Below are positions 10,001 to 15,733 of a stretch of DNA of 64,000 nt, piece after piece. Made by a program: the position numbers and the translations under genes. Within the stretch, counting starts at the first letter, position 1, and every line of letters begins with the position of its first letter. The stretch is taken from assembly GCA_015231405.1 (NCBI GenBank), contig JADGBR010000004.1, positions 189-64,188 of the forward strand, written 5' to 3'. Source of the stretch: Candidatus Omnitrophota bacterium. GTDB lineage: Bacteria; Omnitrophota; Gorgyraeia; Tantalellales; Tantalellaceae. The notes below the pieces were generated by a model that was given only the letters and a program-made list of their open reading frames with translations, did no database searches and was not told the DNA's origin.

Positions 10001-11493
10001 TTGCCGGAGGCGCCGTCGCCGATATTTACGTCCAGCGATATCGTGAATGTTTTAAGATCGTGGCTTGGATCAACGCCGAGGCTTACTCCGTCCATATAGC
10101 CGTCGAATTTGAGAAGCGTTATAGGATCCTCTACCTCGATCCTTTTGATATTCCCGTCACCCGTTCCCGCGGGGTTGTCATCGTAATGTATTATTATGTT
10201 CTTACCTTGGATATCCTCACCGACCATAGCTATAACCACTCCGGCAAGGTCCGGCGTCAGATCTCTGTAATACTCACGCTTCATGATCTTGCCGCTACCT
10301 GAGTAGAAAGCCTCTTTGTAAATCGGTTTACCGTCCGAAAGGCGCGCAATCGTCTTTATCAGGATCTTATCGTTCTCCGGGTCGTTCGGATCCGCGTATA
10401 CTATCGCATGCCGCTCGCTTTCGGGTCCGGGCAATGCCGATAGCGACCACGTCGGACCGGTTATCGTCCCGTCATTTCTTCCGATAGCGTCGTTTATCAC
10501 CGTTCCAGTCCCTTCATCCATTGCCCAATCCGATACTTTCCCTCCCGTAACATCGTTATCGTTACTAACGGCGTTCACTTCACCCGAAGATAGGGCGCGA
10601 TTATAAAGTTTAACGTCTTTAATATCACCCGCGAGCGTCGCGCTATCAACGGCCCGATAACCAAGGAACATCTCCGCGTCGAAATACATGCCGTCAGACA
10701 CCGCGCTCTTCGTTATTATCTCCACGCCGTCGAGATACGCCTTCAGTTCGCCGGCGGTATAAGTAACGGTAATGTTCCGCCAGACGCCTACGGTGTTCAG
10801 GCTGTAATCCGTACCGTTAAATGTCTCGCCTTCTATTCCCCCCGGGATAGTTACACTTAACCTGCCGTTATTTGTTTTCCAGATCTCGAACCTCGTCACC
10901 GCGGAACCGCTTCTTTTAGTGAGGAACGGCACCCACACACCGGACGACCCTTCATCGATCTTCACGTCCATCGATACCGTGAACTCACTCAGCTTATGCG
11001 TTGTATTATTCCCGAGGCTGACTTTGTTGCCGTTCGCCATGAAACCTAGCTCATACTCATCGTCAATGACATCGACCTGGCTCACCCTCCCCTCGCCGTC
11101 CCCGGCGTCTTCGTCAATATAGGTATATATGACGTGCTTACCCTTATATTCTCCTTCGGCGGGCTCATCGAAGACTTCTCTTGTCTTAAGCCTCCCGGAT
11201 CCGTAATGTGTGTCTTTGTCGGGGATAGTTAGCGCCATCATGAGGTTGGTAGTTTCTCCGGAGTCGGCCGCTTCGGCCGACTTGTTATTTCTTATAAGAT
11301 CTTCCGCCGCGTTCCGCGAATCGACCTTCGCCTGGTTAGCTAGACGGGCCGTTATCGACTCTGCGGAAATAATATTCGATCCGTGATCGGGATCCAATTT
11401 ATTAGCGACGCCAAGATCCCCCGCCAGGGCCACCTGTTCTAAAAAATAGATCACCGCGGTTAAAGCTGAAATGGTTTTGAATATGTATTCCAT
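1021..11493 (-). CDS. giant secreted multidomain protein (3,490 aa) with the architecture of a polymorphic toxin: signal peptide, 3 LamG-like modules, YD/RHS-type repeats, 2 CBM-like modules, coiled coil, DUF4214, C39-like peptidase domain, TM block, PT-TG-like motif, C-terminal ~230-aa domain
   Basis: Single uninterrupted ORF with an AGAGGTG Shine-Dalgarno 5 nt before the ATG.
- N-terminus MEYIFKTISALTAVIYFLEQVALA looks like a signal peptide.
- Three ~280-aa modules each carry a YDD/HYDDNxAGxGxG segment and a LamG-like segment (e.g. FTVSMDVKIDEGSSGVWVPFLTKR, FTISLDVNIGDGASGKWVPILTKR, FTISMDVKFSSGSQGNWVPVFTKR, each followed by EIWK...YVDGxEVI...MFLGYR).
- YD-repeat-like motifs (YRYAYDPAGNRS, YTYKYVKDANG, RAYRYLYNADGS) follow.
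- A DUF4214-like motif ILGRNPGETSANGGTDEMSYWI is encoded at ~4556-4640.
- C39 peptidase signatures are a Q/Cys region NQINLGRCAFETVLKLMENNG at ~4213-4270 and a His region NHYVIVTDIAENGDVTYYEP at ~3880-3918.
- Hydrophobic helices FLFALPAIFYWLSAISVALSFI and ILGIVTLVFSAASIIANLP lie at ~3540-3700.
- GKDIITGETL is encoded at ~1700-1750. Confidence 0.85.
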   Translation of the reverse strand: MEYIFKTISALTAVIYFLEQVALAGDLGVANKLDPDHGSNIISAESITARLANQAKVDSRNAAEDLIRNNKSAEAADSGETTNLMMALTIPDKDTHYGSGRLKTREVFDEPAEGEYKGKHVIYTYIDEDAGDGEGRVSQVDVIDDEYELGFMANGNKVSLGNNTTHKLSEFTVSMDVKIDEGSSGVWVPFLTKRSGSAVTRFEIWKTNNGRLSVTIPGGIEGETFNGTDYSLNTVGVWRNITVTYTAGELKAYLDGVEIITKSAVSDGMYFDAEMFLGYRAVDSATLAGDIKDVKLYNRALSSGEVNAVSNDNDVTGGKVSDWAMDEGTGTVINDAIGRNDGTITGPTWSLSALPGPESERHAIVYADPNDPENDKILIKTIARLSDGKPIYKEAFYSGSGKIMKREYYRDLTPDLAGVVIAMVGEDIQGKNIIIHYDDNPAGTGDGNIKRIEVEDPITLLKFDGYMDGVSLGVDPSHDLKTFTISLDVNIGDGASGKWVPILTKRGTSVDERFEIWKNGVGQVYISFPGSNGGLDKKEIGYSLAGVNRWYNIALGYDGNTIKVYVDGIEVITQSWDSLGMDFSAEMFLGYRKFDNSSLPGSIRDVRLFDRMITTGEVMAINSGVDITAGLVSAWDMNEGSGWSVTDRVGTNNGSVIGPVWENTDDITEKSVTYEFEYYGETAEGASKLFSKTKKDHPAGDLVYKETYYEDSGNLSRKEFSKNIPDGITAQAEDLAGEPNIGNTIIFHYDDNTAGNGPGRVVKVDEIKRESVLALDGTGDGVTVQSSALHSLGAFTISMDVKFSSGSQGNWVPVFTKRLSNSDRLEIWKSGAGRVYISMPGGEFGDDVSGSVGSLDQLDKWYSLEMRYDGATVTVYVDGSEVISKTYPAGACKGLDFDGDMFFGYRQVGTASLAGAIKNVKLSSGAGASASLVSAWDMDEGTGTGIIDRVNGINGTVIGASWEDTGKISDKSTTFELGYGENGSGDVIITRAEKNYKTGEISGFNEYDSVTGTLTRSLDASGNYREYSRDPNGALISYRDLCKDGHIEVFDPSGKSIYVWDPAVDGIVPPVSEGLVSITNDNGDIIRYKNGDLDSVILKENGSRLSGIVLSGEGKLDRALVSYPDGGIGVVYNGELMELIARDGTIKISRGNDISAEYSPRTGLNLYSLYRDARGELKRTRITGEEWTSIYDASGIPVSFSGPNGEYTEFENGHILRVNRNGVEYRYAYDPAGNRSTLTGVTTDDAVPVSVIYGPGGEITVVTNSAGETINISEGNITVTDSNTLSAIITLDPSDQESRAKFEIDRDDIARIYNENGALIKLITSDDTVVNFGTSGDITSIKDPKDVEYIYSGTKLSEIRDGEGVAYVLDDDNKIISARYPDGRLYTYKYVKDANGTETVVVTDTIAKIERHYRDDNIIYQVNELGLETDYEYTTIGGEQKISVITQKRGDKGMNVFTYTYGAKITLADNTGTVREFDTNNKLTHFYDGKGRAYRYLYNADGSMIAELAEEHHDDGRVVYYKEGAVDYVTCPNGVVLEDIGMIEDNNGLPRLKKFTVVMADGAQRASVIDGDWVNVTANDGTRLFYKSGSLAGIYANYKLVKFMDIAIPGEDDLYRTGEQEKIGERLTGGGNQWRDPDPGSGDNYRGSAETMHINADLLSRDWREAYVDLRYPEPNSFDQGTRDLSGKKASFYIKLDEGTLPPGKSVTAQIFAKSEDSGVWGDLYGTEVTITNDNGWYKVELVVSDDKPLFGIKSANFDPKQVRLIGVRLRDDYDRTFNYNGGISIVDANYGTCPGGSYVSAPFLVPEDSVKPYVGIIWDGSSVGNPNFRMWDNVPARQEPGEVVNKPLVLEDGSWRAQNIEYSQGIKAVTLDNTLDAWALNADMAAGSETNNDGEVYIDLRYDLAGSGYVYEGPLDLLDKELKFRVKAPAGFIGDGIHSSWAQVFVKDENYNYEYGNYVNITREGEWFEVTLKPGYGEIPGGVTSEGFDPTRIVNIGLKFSCGADSGISFKDKIYFRNETNPNVFNSKPAKRLVDMSTLADYAKRNNYNLGFEEALASEVTLAKEHLPNYFKDTSWVMKSVYDKFGRLEYVYKGDNRVEHYDARGLLVEVTDTDWNPVVRYSYDEDQNIVDIDYDGMRRSTRFELEKTKLDIESRKDQALLDLAKAKDSAIYYLNDQKVQIINECDNALNQLYAQLQAINSWNPFWPSDKKKKNSMRNEIEVQIQNVKDSKNEAVRYINDEYMKVPGDISNAHGMIMSEYSTTIAAVRAQEETAERNILEQEVRQIINIYYLKILGRNPGETSANGGTDEMSYWITMAKSAGCANPVLRVAFLDVIDLESELKSLPEYTDKVAFNNSVITDVETVLNSYTDPDAAQAGRAAILTALGLTETEVTAHNNTGWGSKDAAMIIDWLKTNQINLGRCAFETVLKLMENNGAVFATPAERTQAMKNIARDILLIEVFMGSIDTFTEGTLSISLFAMDRYLDNWLRGERREDRGQSAEFKAAKTDIAGLKWLVKDEGRDIIVHLSSNHYVIVTDIAENGDVTYYEPNKNTAGESITLDEKTFLMNWTGYVLADRAPPANPNQAPNSFRELTTNESLLVKGNFLFALPAIFYWLSAISVALSFIDNSICQLVSKILGIVTLVFSAASIIANLPNIIGGFFSGLQTVTQGVGGVFTALGKLVEGGTHAIMTFFGDFGKTLLDGIKMFTYNYAITNAMDTLGVNNDISRITASFMTGGYSGGSDFLTGALTSTIKTGVSLVGRETGLDPFLSDMMSTGAACMGGAFLTGMSGPDGSLSKAYDLLSQEIGSTIVPYAAEEISYYGILRMGETIGLPAELSNLAGIAVRDMLNVGFSDGQDPENMWQAVQDGLVQGVAKIGIDYAIDQLDINPMLANIGFSAISTAINGTLRGMFSGDEDFDIFKFMYESYRSNAIAFFGGNISSDEPAYTIGRIAYMDSVMTFSDVVKERGIVEALNAYATGFFNTTAVNAIASSGKTIGRYFYDKWQAGQKEQVTLKDDTTVDGIRAENTDSILLFDSEGNIIGLKEGETLLFGEIGVDGNGKMALLNGYLDGSYIPGLGITLDINGGVQSGARIIDTITGETLCWVRPNEEGGSLYYDSYRNYLDAEIDDVLNGNTYTAIGPDGNYSYRMSMGSVIDEDDDGLLAFADGESSNLTSSYIDVQAGAEGSCASGKIRVVLSGKDIDGMIDKTDPAVQGIPLWKIGASIAAGFMPVVGELHDGIQVMFGKDIITGETLTPLERAVSGTCLMMPCVGSALVRHGGKSLLTKSDDILDFMKGVHETKVVNYAEKALVHSDELSDASTVAWKLDQLGIANDLPGGVVYDGRIVRGVPKQYKNDIWRVTTYDKFSGVNRYAPFGIGTISAGANSTTTLRELAHLDRDFMETAFGVKNVMVNNMLDLTDPMILTKLGIKNSDLIQENTTITRLIGDFAYYGGYNGIIAPSARFEGVDDIPGLVIHLFEKGAEEIT

Positions 11494-11699
11494 GTCACAC
11501 CTCTCTTATTTGGTTTACCAGTGATCTGTTTTCATTTTTTTTACCTTCCTTACGTTCAGGCATTGCTTTCTATACTTCTAATTTCTAATACATTATAACA
11601 CTTTAAGTGATACATGTCTTCGGTAAAACTGCCTACTTTTTTATCTCTAATTGTGATTTTTATGCTTAGGAACAGAGGTTTGGCGAGGGGTATTACTCA

Positions 11700-13119
11700 T
11701 TATTTCAGATATTCTTCACGAACATATTCGTTCCACATCGACTCGAACACTGGGAGGGAGAGGTAGAATTCCTCGTCCACTATGTTGGCTATGTGTTCGC
11801 GTCCTTTCATCCTTTCCAGGATCTTCCGAACGGACGACCAGCCCCATCTTTCGGTTATGAAAGCTACGGCGGTATAAGCGCCTTCATAACTTAGGCCAAC
11901 GAGACCAAGGTCCTCCATCTGGGCGAACCCTTTTTCAAGCAGCGCCACGCTGAGCTTGCCGCCCGAATCGGAAAAAGCTTTTACATGCCCCGGAGGGTAG
12001 GGCGCGTACACTTTCTGCTCGAACACGGCCATGGCTTCATTGAACCATGGCGGGCAATTATTGTCGGTCATATAGGAAACAACGGCATGCGTATACTCAT
12101 GCGCGATGACGGCTTTGAACATCGGATCGTTGATATCGGGAATGAATACCATCTTGATGCCGCTACCGTCATAGAAACCCCGGACTATGCCTTTCTGGTC
12201 GAATACTGTCCGGAAATCATCCTCGGTGTAGAACGTTATGGAAGTCCCTTTGGGAAGATAAATGCCGAGATCATTACCCACACGCTTGTATATATCAACA
12301 AGTAAAGAGCTCAAAACATCCTTGTCTATATCGTATTCCTTGAACAGACCAACCTTGAAATAGCCCATCTCGATCTCGTCCATCTTATCTCTCATCGCGA
12401 GTTCTCTAGTGACCTTTTCAAACTCGGATCTTGCGTCGGTATCGTCCGGGGCGGCATGAACGGCCTTCTCCCAATAGAACCTGGCCTTTTCAAGGTCGGA
12501 CTCCTTGTAAAAATGGTACGCCAGCATTTTTATTGTCTCCACCCTCGGCCACAGCGAGTAGGAGATGTTCGCGAAAATGTACACCGTGCGCGGGTCGTTC
12601 TTCGCGTACGCTTCTGCGGCCTTGTTAAACAGGTATATCGACACGTTCTTCCTGGCCTTCTTAGACCGCATAGCTATATCCACGGCTTTTTTCACCCTGT
12701 TCATGGCGAGGACATAATCCTTGTCTTTCGCGAGCCGGGCCGCTTTAGAGATGAGGAGTATCGCGAGGTCGTTCATTACGAGAAGGTCCTTGGGGTCGAG
12801 TGACGACGCTTTCAGAAGGCACTCGATAGCCGCGTCGAGGTCCCCGCTGTCGTTCATTCCCCGGGAGCACTTCACATATTCCTGAAGAAGGACCTTCCTC
12901 ACATTCTCGCCCGACGGCGCCTCCTTAAAAGCTTTAGCTAACACCTGCATGGCGTCTTTGTATTTCTTCGCTTCTATCTGCGCCTCGACCTTGCGGATAT
13001 ACTCGTAGATGCCGATCTCATGCCTGAACCCGTAATGATAGAACGCCCAGCTGAGGATGATGATCACCACCATCGACACGATGAAAATATTTATATTCTC
13101 TTGATATGAATCGCTCATC
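11700..13119 (-). CDS. TPR-repeat protein with C-terminal HExxH zinc-metallopeptidase-like domain (peptidase MA-like), N-terminal TM anchor
   Basis: I chose the start MSDSYQENINIFIVSMVVIIILSWAFYHYG (ATG at 13117-13119, with a GGGGG stretch 8 nt upstream). The longer 11700..13361 ORF in the track would overlap the upstream radical SAM gene by 240 nt across a GC-rich stretch. The protein has a TM helix, then TPR-like helical repeats, then HEYTHAVVSY (HExxH) with downstream FNEAMAVF. Confidence 0.55.
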
Positions 13120-13123
13120 CTAT

Positions 13124-14254
13124 CTACCCCCGCCCCCTGCCTGCCTTGCCGGCAGGCAGGCTCCCTGCACCATGCGCCATGCCTCTTATCTTCCCCTCTA
13201 CCAACTGCCGAACGAACCTGAACTCCGGCCACCATCCCCCACCCACGAACTTCCGCACCTTCGGGAACACGGCGCACTTGAGGCACGGCGAGGCCGGGTC
13301 CGGCTCGATACGCCCCATTAAGACCTGTTTCATACGGACATACTTCTTCCCTTTCACGCACTCGCGAAGCCCGGACTCGAACACATTACCCAGATCCCCC
13401 CACTCGTTCAGACAGCAGCCCAGAAGTTTACCGTCCCAGTTTATCATCGGGGAGAACCAGAGCTGATAACAGGGGAATTTATACATGCTCGAGGTCTTTC
13501 CCTCATACTCCTCGCGGGAGGCATACCCTATCTCTTTCCTGACAAATTCCTTATTTTTAACGGGCGAATATTCCGGGTGGGCGTTCAGCTTAGGCCGGAA
13601 ACTCATGCCAAGGGTTCGGGCCATTTCCCTGGCGAGCGGGATATCATGTTCATTATGCCCATAAACTATGAATTGCCATGTAAGAGCCGGATACTCCGAT
13701 CCGTATTTTTTCTTAAACTCGTTAATTTTCCTGATATTCCCGATGACTTTATCAAAATCGCCGTTCACACGGTATATCTTATACGTGGCCGCGCTTGCCC
13801 CGTCCAAAGAAACATACATCGACCTGAAACGGTACTTGACCAGGGCCTCCAGCATCTCATCCGAAACGGTATTAAGGTTAACCCCGTTCTCTGCCGTAAG
13901 GATCACCCCTTTTTCAAAAGCGTACCGGATGATCTCCAAAAGCTCGGGATTTAGGAATATCTCCCCGTAATTCGACAGCTCTATCCGCTTGAACCCCGGG
14001 AACCTTTCCACAAACCCTTTAAAATCCTTGAACTTCAGGTACCCCTTCCCGATAACCCCCATATCCCCAACCCCTTGAGGACACTCCGGGCACCTGAGCT
14101 GGCAAACAGAAGACGCCTCCAGGCGTACCTTATCCCCCAGCACGCCGTACCTGATATAATTGCTTATAATCGAACTGATCCTCATTATCTTAATATCCCG
14201 GCCTATTCTCCTGGTATATTGTGTAATTTTACCCGCACTTATGGGTGTTGTCAC
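13124..14254 (-). CDS. radical SAM protein with C-terminal SPASM/twitch-like Cys cluster (first of four paralogues)
   Basis: CQLRCPEC (CxxxCxxC) lies near the N-terminus. The C-terminal Cys-rich region reads FPCYQLW...LLGCCLNEWGDLGNVF...PCLKCAVF. It is a paralogue of the ORFs at 26638, 44401 and 48044. The true start may be the internal Met (MRISSIIS, near 14185). Confidence 0.7.
   Translation of the reverse strand: MTTPISAGKITQYTRRIGRDIKIMRISSIISNYIRYGVLGDKVRLEASSVCQLRCPECPQGVGDMGVIGKGYLKFKDFKGFVERFPGFKRIELSNYGEIFLNPELLEIIRYAFEKGVILTAENGVNLNTVSDEMLEALVKYRFRSMYVSLDGASAATYKIYRVNGDFDKVIGNIRKINEFKKKYGSEYPALTWQFIVYGHNEHDIPLAREMARTLGMSFRPKLNAHPEYSPVKNKEFVRKEIGYASREEYEGKTSSMYKFPCYQLWFSPMINWDGKLLGCCLNEWGDLGNVFESGLRECVKGKKYVRMKQVLMGRIEPDPASPCLKCAVFPKVRKFVGGGWWPEFRFVRQLVEGKIRGMAHGAGSLPAGKAGRGRG
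13136..13160. repeat. perfect GC-rich hairpin (10-bp arms CCTGCCTGCC / GGCAGGCAGG, 5-nt loop) at the radical SAM / TPR-peptidase gene junction
   Basis: Read directly from the sequence: cctgcctgcc ttgcc ggcaggcagg. It lies within a locally GC-rich stretch (13120-13340). Confidence 0.85.
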
Positions 14255-14356
14255 TCCAAAAACATCTTAATTAAGAAGATATAGCGTACACACCTGTCCT
14301 GTGATAATATAATTTCGATTCGCGTCGAATCTGTCGAACCGACCCGGGAGACAATA

Positions 14357-15733
14357 TTGAAACTTTCCGTACTCATACCCGTCTATAACGAGGTCAACAC
14401 CCTAATACCTCTCGTTGAGAAAGTGCGCCGGACGCCGTATGAGAAAGAGATCATCGTTATAGACGACGGCTCTACCGACGGCTCTACGGGTTTGATACAT
14501 AAGCTCCCCGCTGACATAAAGAAGGTTTTCCTCGAGAAGAATAGGGGTAAAGGCTTCGCTCTCCGCGCCGGCGCCGCCGAGATAACGGGAGACATCGTTA
14601 TCATACAGGACGCGGACCTCGAGTATTACCCGGATGAATACAACCTCATCATCGCCAAGATAATCGAGGGCAAAGCCGACGTGGTTTACGGCACAAGGTT
14701 CATGGGCGCGAGGCGCGTGTTTTATTACCACCATTATATAGGTAATATAGTCCTGAATACCGCGGCCAATATCCTCTATAACGCCATATTGAGCGACCTC
14801 ATGACAGGTTTCAAAGCGTTCCGGTCGGAATCGTTCAAAAGCCTGACCCTACGGGCGGACGGGTTCTCGGTCGAGGCCGAGATAACCGCGCAGGTCTTCA
14901 AAAGGCGTCTCAGGGTATATGAAGTGCCCATTTCGTATAACGGCCGTTCGTATTATGAGGGCAAGAAAGTTTCCTGGAAGGATTTTTTCACGTCCCTTTA
15001 TGAACTCGTTATTAACAGGTTCAGGAGCTTCAATGTCGGAGAGGATACACTCTACCGTATAAGGCTATTGGATAATAACAACAAGTGGATATTCGACAGG
15101 ATAAAGCCGTATTTAGGCGAGCGTATAATGGAAATAGGCTCGGGGATCGGCAACATCTCCCGATTCTGCATAAAAGAGAACCGAACGCTCGTCTTAAGCG
15201 ACCTGAACGACAAATATCTGGAATACCTGAGAGAATTCTTCGGAGGGAATCCAAGCGTAACCGTCGTCAAATATGATGTCACGCGTCCGGGGTTTACGTC
15301 AGGGAACCCCGCCCCGCGCGGTATCGATACCGTAATATGCGTCAATGTGCTGGAACATATAGAGGACGACTCCCGGGCACTCGCTAACATGCGCGATCTC
15401 CTCTCACCCGGTGGCCGGCTGATACTCTTGGTCCCGGCGATGAAGGAATTATTCGGCAGCCTGGATATCAAATTAGGACATTATCGAAGATATGAAAAGG
15501 ATGAACTGACCAACAAACTCGGTTCCGCCGGTTTCGACACGGAAGATATTTTCCCGCAGAATATATTCTCGACGCCCGGCTGGTACATTAACAGTAGATT
15601 ATTGAAAAAGGGCATCCTTTCCCCGCCGCAGTTGGTCATCGCCAATTTCCTTATACCTCTATTCGCCTTTATCGAGGACCGTATCAAAGTGCCTTTTGGA
15701 CTGTCACTTATCGCCGTCGCGAGAAAAAAATAG
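14357..15733 (+). CDS. polyprenyl-phosphate glycosyltransferase (GT2; GtrB/ArnC/DPM1-like) fused to a C-terminal class I SAM-dependent methyltransferase domain
   Basis: The start is TTG with a GGGAG Shine-Dalgarno 7 nt upstream. The N-terminal domain reads LSVLIPVYNEVNTLIPLVEKV...IIVIDDGSTDGST...IVIIQDADLEYYP, typical of the DPM1/ArnC family. The C-terminal domain has MEIGSGIGNIS (motif I) and VICVNVLEHIEDD (motif II/post-I). Confidence 0.75.
   Translation: MKLSVLIPVYNEVNTLIPLVEKVRRTPYEKEIIVIDDGSTDGSTGLIHKLPADIKKVFLEKNRGKGFALRAGAAEITGDIVIIQDADLEYYPDEYNLIIAKIIEGKADVVYGTRFMGARRVFYYHHYIGNIVLNTAANILYNAILSDLMTGFKAFRSESFKSLTLRADGFSVEAEITAQVFKRRLRVYEVPISYNGRSYYEGKKVSWKDFFTSLYELVINRFRSFNVGEDTLYRIRLLDNNNKWIFDRIKPYLGERIMEIGSGIGNISRFCIKENRTLVLSDLNDKYLEYLREFFGGNPSVTVVKYDVTRPGFTSGNPAPRGIDTVICVNVLEHIEDDSRALANMRDLLSPGGRLILLVPAMKELFGSLDIKLGHYRRYEKDELTNKLGSAGFDTEDIFPQNIFSTPGWYINSRLLKKGILSPPQLVIANFLIPLFAFIEDRIKVPFGLSLIAVARKK

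Noticed and set aside
1160-11122. Numerous 60-160-aa plus-strand ORFs inside the giant gene (e.g. 3899..4387, 8846..9250)
   Set aside because: All are antisense to one continuous 10.5-kb ORF with coherent domain content. They are Ser/Pro/Leu-rich and lack starts with ribosome-binding sites.
12431-12803. GC-rich plus-strand ORFs (Arg/Pro-rich) antisense to the TPR gene
   Set aside because: Typical antisense frames of a coding region, with no motifs.
11700-13361. Longer 553-aa version of the TPR/HExxH ORF with an 80-aa Gly/Arg/Ala-rich N-terminal extension
   Set aside because: The extension overlaps the upstream radical SAM gene by ~240 nt in the GC-rich stretch and has low-complexity composition. 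The internal Met at 13119 gives a TM-anchored protein with a plausible ribosome-binding site and no overlap.
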